Positions 1 through 12,400 of a DNA stretch of 43,710 nucleotides are shown piece by piece. The notes under the pieces are model-generated. The model was given only the letters and a program-made list of their open reading frames with translations. It had not been told where the DNA came from and did no database searches. The DNA is taken from assembly GCA_009602735.1 (NCBI GenBank), contig WELA01002374.1:1-43710 (forward strand), written 5' to 3'. Both the position numbers and the translations under genes were made by a program. The stretch comes from Mesotaenium endlicherianum. Taxonomy: Eukaryota. How positions within the stretch are numbered: the stretch's first letter is position 1; the number at the start of each line of letters is the position of its first letter.

Positions 1-76
1 GCAAGGGAGGGAGAGGGAGGGAGTGAGACGGAGTGAGAGAGGGGGAGGAAGAAGGGTTACGCCGTTTGCTTGTTTG

Positions 77-175
77 CTTAGTTCGCCAAGTGCGCTAATT
101 CGCTTAGTTCGGTGTTCAAATAAAAACTTAGTTCGCTTAGTGCGCCAAGTTACGACGCCGTTGATATAACGTAGG
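77..175. mobile_element. Probable right terminus of a hAT-like DNA transposon (subterminal 9-bp repeats plus TIR-like end); rest of the element lies left of the window
   Basis: Clustered 9-mer variants CTTAGTTCG/CCAAGTGCG/CTTAGTGCG end in TAACGTAGG (167-175), which resembles the MITE right TIR TAAACTAGG (1535-1543). No partner TIR is visible. Confidence 0.4.
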
Positions 176-406
176 CTTGACGTCAACGTCCCTTTGTGGT
201 CGCACGCGCAAAAGTACAACGTCGCGATTGTCACGTCTTTTAGTTCAAATTGGACCAATTTTTTGGTGGAATGCTACATTTTGTTTGGGCTATCTGGCAT
301 GCTTGAAAAACTCACAAAAAATAAGTTCAATTCCTCCATCAATCCGGCGGGATGGCAGGCGGATGTGTACCCCCGCCACCAAGTGTAGGGCGCAAAGCCT
401 AACCTC

Positions 407-464
407 AGTGCCAAAGAAGTATTCTAGTAATTCTGAGTGCCAAAAAAGTATTCTACTAATTCTG
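407..464. repeat. 29-bp tandem duplication (2 copies)
   Basis: AGTGCCAAAGAAGTATTCTAGTAATTCTG (407-435) followed by AGTGCCAAAAAAGTATTCTACTAATTCTG (436-464); 2 mismatches. Confidence 0.9.
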
Positions 465-959
465 AGGTGCTGTAATTTTTGACCTATACTAATTGTCACC
501 CAACCCTTTTTTTAGACTCGGAGAAGGTGAGCATTATTGTATGGTAGTACAAAGCACATGTAAGTTATGAGTTCTCTACTAGGTATGTGACAATATGTGT
601 TGCTTGAATTGTTTTGGTCACATGTCTAGAATGTCGCTTATATGTTTTGTGAAGAAACTTAATTTGAAGTACTTCATTGAGAAAGTATGTCTATCAAGTT
701 CACAATGGCTCTTATTTATTTATTTATTAGGCAACAGCAACAAAACCACATTACACCAAATTATTGTCATCTTATCGTCACAAACTCTATACCATGGACA
801 ACAGTCACACATCATGCAACATTGCAATAAGTCACCAGAAATTGATTCAAAATGTGTTCACTTGCTCAACTTCCACTTTCTCTATTATGTACATGCTAAT
901 TTGATTATATACATGCAACCTCTATCATGTCGCACCTCCTCTAACAAGGTTCTTAATGC

Positions 960-1120
960 ACGTCAAGCCACTCGGTGAGTACACACTTGTCGGCGGTCCA
1001 AGAGCAATAGTCTTGAAACTCGGGGTCGAGATAGTAGCCTGCAGCCAAAGAAGGTGCTTTCAAATGAGAATAAACAGACATAATGCATTTTATTTCCTCC
1101 CATGCAAGATGCGGAGTTGA
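960..1120 (-). pseudogene. Degenerate hAT transposase fragment
   Basis: Minus-strand translation WEEIKCIMSVYSHLKAPSLAAGYYLDPEFQD resembles the hAT transposase pLhaAGYyLnP.f motif. The frame is broken by stops downstream and lies next to hAT-type termini. Confidence 0.45.
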
Positions 1121-1306
1121 CAGCATGATGAACATCGAGAAGAAGAAACAGCACCAGTAACAGAAGCAAAAAAACAACGCAACAAAAGTTGAACCATGGT
1201 TGCACAAGCCCCCGCAAGCTGCGCATCTGAAACCTAAACATAAGCCCTAAGGCCTCAACCGCTGACCTCAGCCCTCCCTGAAACTCGAACTTCACAACGC
1301 ACCAGT

Positions 1307-1543
1307 CCTAGTTTAAAAATACTCCCGTAGGGGATCTTTTGGCCATACCGTACGCATTGTAATACTCCGTATTGGCGTACTCCAAAATACTCGTATGGAC
1401 CAATTTTCCGGTTTACTTTCGATTTATGGTTGGTTTATAACACTGACACTCACGTATTCCGGCGTATTCTAACGTACAATTTTGACTCTCACGTATGGTA
1501 CGCACGGCGAATACGCAAATACATATGCGGCAAATAAACTAGG
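1307..1543. mobile_element. 237-bp non-autonomous hAT-superfamily MITE
   Basis: TIRs CCTAGTTTA (1307-1315) and TAAACTAGG (1535-1543); perfect 8-bp TSD GCACCAGT at 1299-1306 and 1544-1551; internal CGTA/TACG subterminal-type motifs; no coding capacity. Confidence 0.88.
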
Positions 1544-2651
1544 GCACCAGTAGAGAGACACACACGGGCCCTCCTCAGCTTTCGCTTGGCGCTGGAATCA
1601 ACCCACTCTGCACTTCTCTTCCCAAGCTGCACCTGAACCCTAACCAAACCCCTAAACTTTAACCTGACCAAAACCCCCCCCGATCCTGCGCCTGCAGGTG
1701 GAAGAGGCATGCAGGTGGAAGAGGCAGAAGAAGAGGCAGACGAGCTGCCCAGTGCAGCAGCGGGGCTACCTCAGGGGAGGCGAGCCAGGTGGCGGCATTT
1801 GACGTGGGGCCGACCGATGGCGGAGGCGAGGCCACTGCTGGCACTGTGCCCCCTTGGCCCTAGCTGGTCGCTGCGTGCCGGACGGCATCTGCACCTGTGG
1901 GCTGGCAAGATAAACTGTGGGTGGGAGGGGCAAGCTGAGCTGGGGGTTGGTGACGCGTGTGCTATGCGTCTTACAGACAGCTGCGGGCATACATGTGCTT
2001 TTTGTGGGGGGGNNNNNNNNNNNNNNNNNNNNNNNNNNNNNNNNNNNNNNNNNNNNNNNNNNNNNNNNNNNNNNNNNNNNNNNNNNNNNNNNNNNNNNNN
2101 NNNNNNNNNNNNNNNNNNNNNNNNNNNNNNNNNNNNNNNNNNNNNNNNNNNNNNNNNNNNNNNNNNNNNNNNNNNNNNNNNNNNNNNNNNNNNNNNNNNN
2201 NNNNNNNNNNNNNNNNNNNNNNNNNNNNNNNNNNNNNNNNNNNNNNNNNNNNNNNNNNNNNNNNNNNNNNNNNNNNNNNNNNNNNNNNNNNNNNNNNNNN
2301 NNNNNNNNNNNNNNNNNNNNNNNNNNNNNNNNNNNNNNNNNNNNNNNNNNNNNNNNNNNNNNNNNNNNNNNNNNNNNNNNNNNNNNNNNNNNNNNNNNNN
2401 NNNNNNNNNNNNNNNNNNNNNNNNNNNNNNNNNNNNNNNNNNNNNNNNNNNNNNNNNNNNNNNNNNNNNNNNNNNNNNNNNNNNNNNNNNNNNNNNNNNN
2501 NNNNNNNNNNNNNNNNNNNNNNNNNNNNNNNNNNNNNNNNNNNNNNNNNNNNNNNNNNNNNNNNNNNNNNNNNNNNNNNNNNNNNNNNNNNNNNNNNNNN
2601 NNNNNNNNNNNNNNNNNNNNNNNNNNNNNNNNNNNNNNNNNNNNNNNNNNN

Positions 2652-3030
2652 CACCCTCCTAGTCATCCTATCCCCATTCTCATTCCCCCCTAAAATTATT
2701 GCCCACTTGGACTCCCTCCCCCAACTCTCGCTCATTATCCCTCCCTCCCTTGCTACCTCCTTTCCTTGCAGCCTCCCTTGCTCTCTTCCTCCCCGCCTCC
2801 CTCATTCCTTCCCACTCTTGCTGCCTCTCTATCTCTCTACCTCTCTCCATATTCCTCCCCCCTCCAAAGTTTTTTGCTCCCTCCGTCCACCCCTCGCTCA
2901 CTCCCCCGATTTAACCCCTTTCACCCTCCCCCTCCATGCTCTCTTCCGCACTCCGTCCTCCCTCCCTACCTCCCTCCCTCCCTCCCTCACTCTCTTTTTT
3001 GCTTCCTCCTCACCTCCCTCCCTTTTGCCA
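2652..3030. repeat. Pyrimidine-rich (C/T) low-complexity tract next to an assembly gap
   Basis: Almost purely CCCT/CTCC-type sequence. Confidence 0.85.
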
Positions 3031-3041
3031 ACATGTTTGAG

Positions 3042-3141
3042 CATAGTGCAGTCTCTCGGATCGGTAGGACAAAGCTACGGGGAGTAGGAATCGGAAAAAA
3101 CCGTTAGGACGGAGCAAATTTGTAGGACTTTTGGCCCCCTG
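3042..3141. mobile_element. Possible DNA-transposon end remnant
   Basis: Starts CATAGTG, carries four TAGGA motifs and ends GGCCCCCTG (reverse complement CAGGGGG). No matched TIR pair or TSD found. Confidence 0.2.
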
Positions 3142-3743
3142 CAACAAATACTATTTCAAACACCAGAAGAGGGGAACATATACCCTAATCACAGCCTCGT
3201 ATGAGTCAACCTGCAAATAGAAATAGCCCTACCCATTTCGAGGACCCATGCCCTGCCTTCGCCCCCAAACGCCCTCCTTCAAAGGCTGTTGAAGCCCAAT
3301 AATTGTTTGAAGGATAAAAAAAAAATCATACAGAAGAATGGGGAAATGAAGGCATCCCACCCCAATGTCCACAACACTAGTTGCCACCTGGCCCTTTTGT
3401 GGTGGACCTGAGAGATGAGCGCCGTGATCTATTTTCCTTCGTCGACTGCCACGCTAATCTACTTCAAAACAAGGTGCAACAGAATTATATAAATTACTTA
3501 CCCCATTAAAAAATAACAAATACGTTTTTTGCTCCTACTTCTATACTTGCCCCAATTGGTCCGTGCAAGACTAAGAACAACTCAGGTTCTTAGGAAAGAC
3601 AAAACAAGACTAACCTAACCCAAAGAAGACCGACCTACACCCGAACTCTCTACTCAATAGATGAAACCCTAGAAACAGTGTTGAAAAAAGAAGCCAAGCC
3701 AAGAAGAAGAGAACTTGTGCAGACTGTTCCAGTCAGTTATGCT

Positions 3744-3965
3744 TCAGACAATGACCTCCATGCGGATGGCATTCTCGTCTGGTTCTGCCGCCCTGCGGTC
3801 AATCGCCCCAGGAGTTTGCAAGAGAGCGCTCTCGTCGCCGAGGAAGGATGGCTCCAGATCAGTGACAGGTGGCAGCGCGGGAGGCCGGCGGGGGGCTGCC
3901 TCATGGAGGCGCTTGGCTTTCTCCAACTCGCGCACCACCGTGCCCGTGTCAGGCCGTGACGTGCC
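3744..3965 (-). CDS. RLK-A exon 19 (last exon)
   Basis: [19 protein letters not shown]...MEVIV followed by TGA. Confidence 0.88.
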   Translation of the reverse strand, partial: GTSRPDTGTVVRELEKAKRLHEAAPRRPPALPPVTDLEPSFLGDESALLQTPGAIDRRAAEPDENAIRMEVIV

Positions 3966-3990
3966 CTGGAAAATAGAGGATATAAATGAG

Positions 3991-4043
<53 letters not shown>

Positions 4044-6445
4044 ATACAAATAGAGTCTTTCATAAACATTAGCTGATGAGCCGAGTCAAGCACAACCATT
4101 ACCAGATTAAACCATTTGATGTACTTTCAAAAATGCTCATTTTTTAAATCTGGGGAGGATGTCAAGCCTCAACATGACCAGCGAGCTTGACACGAGTTCG
4201 GCGGAAGGTACTGAACGTGAAAATTTACAAATGAGTACGAACAGTGAATGGACTTGCAGCAGACAACAGCAATGTCGCACTACCTGTCCACCTTTGCGCT
4301 CTTCCATTATATACATACAGAAAATTATCATTCTCTTTTTCAGGGCTAGGGGTTTGTATCACACAGGTATGCAAATGCACCCGCCCGTATGACTTTCATC
4401 GCATATGCTTCACTCGTTGACCCACAAGCGTCTAGTCGGGCACTCACAAGCGCCACCTCACCTCCTTCAAAACTCTCGCGAGTGCCCCTAAGCCACTCTG
4501 TCAACCTCTAGTCTTCTGGCATTACCAAATTTTGAGGAATCAAGATTCAGTACATTAGCATGACTTGGAGAACTTGAGGGGGGGGTGCACATGGCACCAG
4601 CGTAAGATTACCATAATTTGGACGCATCTCCAGGCAACACTTGCCGCAAGCTCCAAGGACGCCAAGGAGGCGTCAGCATCTAGCTGTGGAGCTAACACCG
4701 GGCAGACGCGCCCCTCCTTCAGAAATGGTGACACCTGTCACCGTAGCGGGCGTGCAGGTGGAACCAAATTGTGAGCAAAGAAGGGACGCCTTGGCATCAT
4801 GCAATCAATGCAACAATTAGTGGAGCATTGTCCCCCTCATGTACATCGTATATGTGAAGTGGGCTCTTGACTGTGCCACTTTGAAGAAAAGCAGAACAAG
4901 ATACAACTATAACAATGCTGAATTGAAGCAACACAGTCAATCCAAATAAAAGCATACAACTTTTCTTTTGACGACAAATGAGCATTCTGAGGCTTAAGTG
5001 AGTGAATGATCATTCTTGCAGCAGGCAGTCAACTCCCTTTACAAAGTCAGCAGGCTTCTCGCCCGCTCCCCTTGCTCCCCCAACCTTACACGTTATCATT
5101 CACACAGAACCCAACGGATGCGGTTCAGGCTTTTTGCACCAGGGGGGGTGGAGGGTTTCAGAACGCACCCACTCGACGAGGTTAACGATCTGGTCGCCCT
5201 CGCAGCCGCCACCTGGCGCCTCCTGGTCGTCCTCGAGCTCCTGCCAGATGGGCAGGCGGCCCGTGAGGAGCTCCAGCAGCACCACCCCGAAGGAGTAGAT
5301 GTCGCTCTTCTCCGTCAGCTGCTGCTTTGCGTAGTAGTTGGGGTCCAGGTAGCCTGCGCGCGCACATAGAGAGTAACTCACACGAGGATCGATTGGCGAG
5401 GGAGAGGAGAAAGTCCTCATGTGTGTGCGTGTGTGTGTGCGTGCGTGCGTGCGTAGTAGTTGAGGTCCAGGTATCGTGCGAGCGCACACAAGGAGTACGT
5501 CGTGTGGAAAACCTAAAACCTTACATTAGTACGTGGAGCGCATAGTAGTTGGGGCCCGTATAACCCACACACGCACGCACGCGCGCACGCACGCACGCAC
5601 GCACGCAGGCATGAAGGATACCTCACACAGAAGCCTTCGAGAGGTGTCCTCAGAGAGTGGAGTAAGTACTGAAATGCGTGTGTGAATGTGGGTGTGTGCG
5701 CGTGTGTGTGTGTGTGTGTGTGCGTGTGCGCGTGTGTGCGTGTGTGCGTGTGTGTAATTTTTTTTGTGTGCATTACTTGCAGGCCAGTCAACAGGCACAG
5801 ATATAATGAGGGCGACAGGGTGTGAATGTCTCAGGCAGTAGTGCACAAAAATAAAAATTAGTAATTATATTCGTCTGCTCAGATGAGTGGAAGTGAGGTT
5901 TGCATACGCACCTTGCCAATAAGAGAGAAACAAGACAAAGGACTAATTGCTAGCACCATATTCTTGATCCCAAGGTAACTGGTTGCTAAATTATACAACA
6001 AAGGTACGAGTCCAGACCGCATCCATACACTTGACCTCTGCAGACATGAGGAAGGGAGTTTATTTCTTGCCCGCAAACAATACCTGGGGTGCCCTTCACA
6101 TGCGTGCTGATGTGGGTTCTGTTCAGGTTGCCATTTGTCGCCTGCTGGGAAGCACCATTGTTCTGCAAGTCGGACAGCCTGGAGAGCCCGAAGTCTGCCA
6201 CCTGTCATTGCACAAGCATTGCAAAATAATTAAGTGGATATTTAGTGTCCATGGTTTATGGGGTTTCGACTTTTTGAGTCTTAGGGTTATGAACCAATTT
6301 TTCATTGATTAAGCTGGGAGGATCAAGAGATGTAGACATGGAAGGACTGACAAGAATTTAAGAGACCCATGCAGCAGGAAAGAATCATCTTGTTAGGAAA
6401 AATTAAGACATGGTAAGCACACGCAGCCCTTTCTGTTCCACGATT

Positions 6446-6476
<31 letters not shown>

Positions 6477-9400
6477 CAACATAAGTTTGAAACCACATGT
6501 GCTTATATATGCGTGGGTGCGCACTGCAACTTGTGCAGCTAATACGGGTGGAACTGTATGTATGATTGAGGTTCAAAAATGCTTGCGTACGTGTGCGGGT
6601 TTATGCAAGGATACAGACATTTGCGCTGAAAAGGTGGGCACATTTGGCGCATTTGGCGCATTTGGCGCATTTGGCGATGAAAAAATGGGCGTGCGTAACA
6701 CTGAAGAGGGACGAAAGGAGGAGGGATGGGCAGAGAGAAAAAAAAAGACCTTGGCCTCAAGGTCGGAATCGAGCAGAATATTTGATGACTTGATGTCCCT
6801 GCCACACCAACACTCCACATTTCGTGCTGTCTTACGTACGCAACAGATACACATAGACACACATATATAGGTGCCTACATATTGAATAAAGTATATGTAC
6901 ATATGTATATTTATATTCATATACATAAAAATATATACACAAATATGTAAGCATGTGTATACATATGAATATATGTATACATATCTGTTTATATATATGT
7001 GTGTGTGAAGTATGTATCGGCATACGTGTACAGAGACATACATTTACATATACCCACAAATGCACATCCCCATATACACACAACAATATGCGAGCGCGTA
7101 AGTTCTTAGTTATGATCCCATAGATGCCAAACCATTCATAAGGATATATTCTGCCAGAAGTGCTGGGCATGAGCCCTCTCAAGCAGCGTCGGTGACAGAT
7201 GGCAAGCAGGAACAACAGCATCCACCTTGCCCGGCACTGCAGCTGCCACCTGTCAAGTGCGCTGATGTGGCACAGGTGCTGCCTTGAGTGTTCACCTCGG
7301 GCGGGCTTGTCAGGCGCAGGCACAGGCACAGGCACAGGAAGGCACGTAAGTGCTGGCGCGTGCGTGGGCAATTATTAGGCAGAGCAAGAGAATTAGAGTG
7401 AGCGAGGGGAAAACCAAGCGAGGGCAAGGGGCGGGGCAGCGGGCACAACGTGCATGCGCGGGTTGGGGGATGGTGACGATCCAAGACGTGGGCGCACCTG
7501 TGGATGACAGGTGGCGACGCCCCGCGGTGCAGGTACTCGAGGCCCCGGGCGGCGCCGAGGGCAATCCGGAGGCGCCGCTCCCATGTGAGCTCGCCCGCTT
7601 TCGTCTCATCTGCCAGCCAGGCGGCAGGCGTGGGGCGGGGGGCGCAAGGGAGCGGAAGGCGTCAGGTCAGAGAGAGGCGGGAGGCCCAAGGGAGAGAGGA
7701 GGTCCGTATATGTCGCACGCACTCTGCAGACGATGGAAAGCTCCGCTCTAGCAGGAGTGGCATTAGGACCTTTGCATGAGAGACACGTTTAAATTGTTTA
7801 TATACTTTTGTTGCGCCCGTGTGCGCACGCGCGTTTGTGTGCGTGTGCGTGCGTGCATCACAAAAAAACATCGACGCCAGGGCACACGCCTCTCCTCTCG
7901 GTACCAAACCACGCCATCGAAGGCTCCAATGAGCATCCAAGCCCTCACACGTTTTGAACTCCGCGTGTCTCGGGCACTCCGCACCTCCAATGTTCCAGGC
8001 AAAGCTTCAGCAAAAGAAGAAGTAGATGAAGATTTCATACGGAGGAAGGACAGAGGCTCCGTGTGCCCAGTCAAGGAAGAGTTGGGGCTGAGCTTTGAGA
8101 AGGGCAAAAGGTTTGAGTGAGAGGCGTCGGGGGCCTGGGGTTAAGAGATTTTGCAAACTTCTTCTGTGAAAGCCCCCTTGCTCCCTTGAGCCGGTGTGGC
8201 CCCCTGGGCATGGATGAGGCGCAAGTGCCCTGCTCTCTCCATCGCGCCGTGCTGTGCGCGCGGCGCACACCTCCCTCCTGCCTCCAGATTGAGAGGTCTC
8301 GAAAGCCTGCGGTCCTACAATTTGGGGAGGATTGTTTTGCATTCACGATTACTCATAGGGAGCCTAGGGTTCAGGGTCTGGCTTTAGGGCCACACGGTTG
8401 AGGGTCTGGGTCTTGGCTTGGGGCGTTGGCACATCAGGGCGCTAAAGCGTTGGGGCCTGTGGCAGGGCTGCCGGGCAGTGGGGGCTGTCCCCCCTTTTGA
8501 AAGCGGTTCCCCTGCGTGCCTGGTTCCTTTTCAGCCTCAGCTCCCATCAGGTTTAGGGTTTGGGAGGGCTAACGCTAGGAGGGAAAGGGCAGTGGCCCAG
8601 GTAGGAGGAGCATTGAACAAGGAAGGGGGCTCTGGCTGGAGGAATCGAGGCTGGGGGTGTTGGCTGGAGGGCGTCGGGCGGGGTTGAGGTGAAATTTTCA
8701 AGCTGCGGTTTGTTTGTACTAGGGCTGCGGCCAGGGTACAGAGTTTGGGCACAGGCCAGGAGCAGCTCCCCAGGTTCAAAAGGTTAGGGCTTGGGAGTTC
8801 AGGGTATCAGGTGTTTTAAGTTTCTAGGATTCAGGGGTTTGATTATAAGGCATGGCCCAGGAGCAGCTCCCGGGTCTAAGGCTTCAACGTTTAAGTTCTT
8901 AGGGTTTTAGGGTTCAAGTGTTTGAGAGGTTGCAGGAGGTGCTGCGCCCAGGGGCTCGTACCGCGCAGGTGCTCCTCGAGCGTGCCACGTGGCACGTACT
9001 CGTACACCAGCATGAGCTGCGCGTCCTGGTCGCAGAAGCCGATAAGGTTGACGAGGTGGCGGTGGTGCAGGCGCGAGAGCAGCTCCACCTCCGTCACGAA
9101 CTCGCGCTCGCCCTGCCGCGAGTCCATGGTCAGCCGCTTCACCGCCACCGTGTGGCCCGTCGTGAGGTTGGCCTTGTACACCTGGCAGCACAGGGTTCCA
9201 GCACAGCAGCAGTTTGGCGTTGGCAGTCAGCTTTCAGGAGTTAGGCCTTGAGGAGAGGAGAGGACAGGGAGGGGACGCCGGCGCGGCGGGGAGTTGGGGG
9301 TCAGGCTCTGTCCAGAGCTAAAGGTGGTGTGGGGGAGCGCTGGGGGCGTCGATTCGAGCGCGGGCACCACCACGATGTCTTCAGCTTTCTGCAACGTAAC

Positions 9401-12400
9401 AAAATCACGCTGACTCCAGCACAAGCCCACGAGCCCTTTTTGTCTGACGTCACTCTCAACTAGAGATCCCTACACGTGGCAGTTGGGGCTTTACGGTTCA
9501 AGGCACAGGGGTTGGCAACCAGGGTGTAGGGTTCAGATATTAGTGTTTGGGCATCAGGGGTTGGGCTTCAGAAGGGGGGAGGGAGGAAGAGAGGGATGCT
9601 GGTGCGGTGGGGGGCTGAGGTTCGGGCTCATTTTAGGGTTACAATTGGTGAAAGAGAGTTAAGAGTGAATATATGAAGTCCTTTGAGTGGGCTTTGCTGA
9701 GCTACACGTACTCTTTTATGTCTAAAGTCGTGTACACATCACGCAACATGAAGTTGGGAGCCAGGAGGACTTCAGAATGGAGCATATGCCCGACAGTGCA
9801 GAAACTTAGCTTCCGCATTTTAATACGCCCTCAGGAATAGTGCACACATGATCATGTACTTCACTTCATGATGCTGACTCAGATACAATACACACACGCC
9901 ACACGCACGTGCGCGCACACACACACGCAAACGTCACACGCAAGCGCGCGCGCACACACACTCACCAACTCACAAAACACACATGGACATACCATACGGC
10001 ACCCGAATGCAGACACACATGCAACACGAACATGCACACAGTCGGACACACACGTGCACACGGGCGCGTACAGACACACGCACACAACAGACACACATGC
10101 ACACACGAGCACGCACGCACAAAAAAGCAAACTTGGACCTACACGAATACACACATACACACACACGTACATGGACATGCGCGCACGCAGACAAACATGC
10201 ACTTGGTGTAGCCATGACACGTTAGCTGACGATGGGCGGGCGTACCACGCCGAAGCCGCCGCGGCCAAGCACGTTGGCGTCGGCAAAGTCGTTCGTGGCC
10301 TCCCGTAGCTCCTCCTGCGTGAAGATGTGCGTTCCAAACAGCCCCGGGGTGTCGTCCTCGGCGTCCGCGCTCGATGCGCGCGAGCTGCTCCTTGCCAGTC
10401 GGCCTGAAACGGGAATCAAAAGCGCACGAGAGAGAGAGAGAGAAGGGGGGGGGAGAGGGGGGGGGAGATAGAGGGCGCACCAGCGGGTGAACGGAGCTGT
10501 GGACGTTCATGGTGGAGGGGNNNNNNNNNNNNNNNNNNNNNNNNNNNNNNNNNNNNNNNNNNNNNNNNNNNNNNNNNNNNNNNNNNNNNNNNNNNNNNNN
10601 NNNNNNNNNNNNNNNNNNNNNNNNNNNNNNNNNNNNNNNNNNNNNNNNNNNNNNNNNNNNNNNNNNNNNNNNNNNNNNNNNNNNNNNNNNNNNNNNNNNN
10701 NNNNNNNNNNNNNNNNNNNNNNNNNNNNNNNNNNNNNNNNNNNNNNNNNNNNNNNNNNNNNNNNNNNNNNNNNNNNNNNNNNNNNNNNNNNNNNNNNNNN
10801 NNNNNNNNNNNNNNNNNNNNNNNNNNNNNNNNNNNNNNNNNNNNNNNNNNNNNNNNNNNNNNNNNNNNNNNNNNNNNNNNNNNNNNNNNNNNNNNNNNNN
10901 NNNNNNNNNNNNNNNNNNNNNNNNNNNNNNNNNNNNNNNNNNNNNNNNNNNNNNNNNNNNNNNNNNNNNNNNNNNNNNNNNNNNNNNNNNNNNNNNNNNN
11001 NNNNNNNNNNNNNNNNNNNNNNNNNNNNNNNNNNNNNNNNNNNNNNNNNNNNNNNNNNNNNNNNNNNNNNNNNNNNNNNGGGGGGGGGGTAGGGAGAAAG
11101 GGATTATGAAGAGGAAAATTGGGGAGGCAGGGGGAAAGGCCAGGGTTCAGGGCGGGCTTAGGGCCAGGAGATCACGGTTTTCAAAGAAGGGGGTTTGAGG
11201 GCTTTGCAGGAAGGGTAAAGGAGGGCATGGAAATCCTGCAACTTGCAGAAAAGGTAGGATGCTAAGCCACCACATTTGGATCACACGTCTGCTCCAGCTG
11301 TTTTGAGAGGCTCTAGGTTGGGATTTTGGGATCGTGGAGGAAGGAGGGTTGTGATCGTACACAACAAGGAATTTTCTTGGCGAGGATAGGGGAAGGAACC
11401 AAAGGAGGGAGGGGCACGCAAGGGATGGTCAAAGAAGCGGACCCACACGAGAGCAGCTGAAGCGCTGGGACGTGGGTGATTGGCAGCTCCACACTTTGCA
11501 TCATGCTCAGAGGAAGTAGCCCTCCAATCAGCCCTCTGAGCGATGGAAACAGCGTGCTTGGTCCGAAGAAGAAGCCATGGAATCACAACAAGCTAAGGAC
11601 TGCCTCTACTACGGTGCCCCTGTCGCTCTTTCGCAAACGGCGCGGGGAAGTACTTGCGTGGGATGCGACAACGCACGCTGCTCCGCAATTGCAAAAAGGA
11701 AGGAAGCATGATGATAGCGAGCATCTCAAGGGCAGGAAGCGCCTCGCTGTTGCTCACCCCCTGTCGTGGTGCGGGCGGGCAGCAGGCGCTTGCGGTCGTT
11801 GTGGCGCGCGATTGCCAGCTGGCGGTGCTTGCGGCGCGCGTACCCGACGCCCACCAGCGCCGCAAAGCCCAGCAGGATCGCGCCTATGCCGCCCGCCAGC
11901 CCCATTCCCAGGCCCTGCGTTCATACAGGCGCGCATAGCAGGACCCGGATAGGGCTAGGTTCAGCGTTTGGGTTTTGGAGGTAGAATTGGGGTTAAGGTT
12001 AGGGTTAGAGGTAGGGTTAGCAGTAGGGCTGGCTGTTTGGGGGGGACGCGTCACCGAAACCAAATGGGACTAGGTTCAAAGCTTAGGGCTCTCGAGTAGG
12101 TTAGGGTTAGAGCTACGGTTAGGATTAGAGTTAGGGTTAGGTGTGGATTTAGGGTTAGGATTAGGATTGCAATCAGGATTAGGGTATGCTGTTTGGGGGG
12201 CTTGTAACATGATACAATCACAGGGATGTATGATGTTCCTGGACACGAGAGGCTTGAACACTCGCGTTCTTGCAAGGGCGCCAAGTAGAGGTGTGCGGAG
12301 AAGGTGAGCCTGACTCCAGGTGATGCCCTCCCCGAAAGTCAGAGACGGTTCTCATGAGAACACTCACACAGTCTCTAGTGGCAAGCACCAAAAAGGAATG

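Noticed and set aside
77..464. Short repeat arrays as CRISPR-like structures
   Set aside because: Eukaryotic context, no unique spacers between repeats and no cas genes.
953..1207. GYYLDPEF as a third kinase-gene fragment
   Set aside because: The flanking sequence lacks kinase subdomain VIII/IX context, and the upstream HLKAPSLAAGYYL fits a hAT transposase motif better.
1709..3107. Long ORFs of 250-376 aa in the ORF track
   Set aside because: They run through the N gap (2013-2651) and C/T low-complexity sequence. ORFs across the gaps at 10521-11079 and 26719-26951 are the same kind of artefact.
3744..3760. RLK-A C-terminus EVIV as a PDZ-binding motif
   Set aside because: The motif is low-information, is not shared by RLK-B, and has no supporting context.
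9868..10225. His/Thr-rich or Cys/Val-rich ORFs (also 14816-15228 and 20794-21272)
   Set aside because: They are translations of degenerate (CA)n/(TG)n microsatellites inside RLK-A introns.
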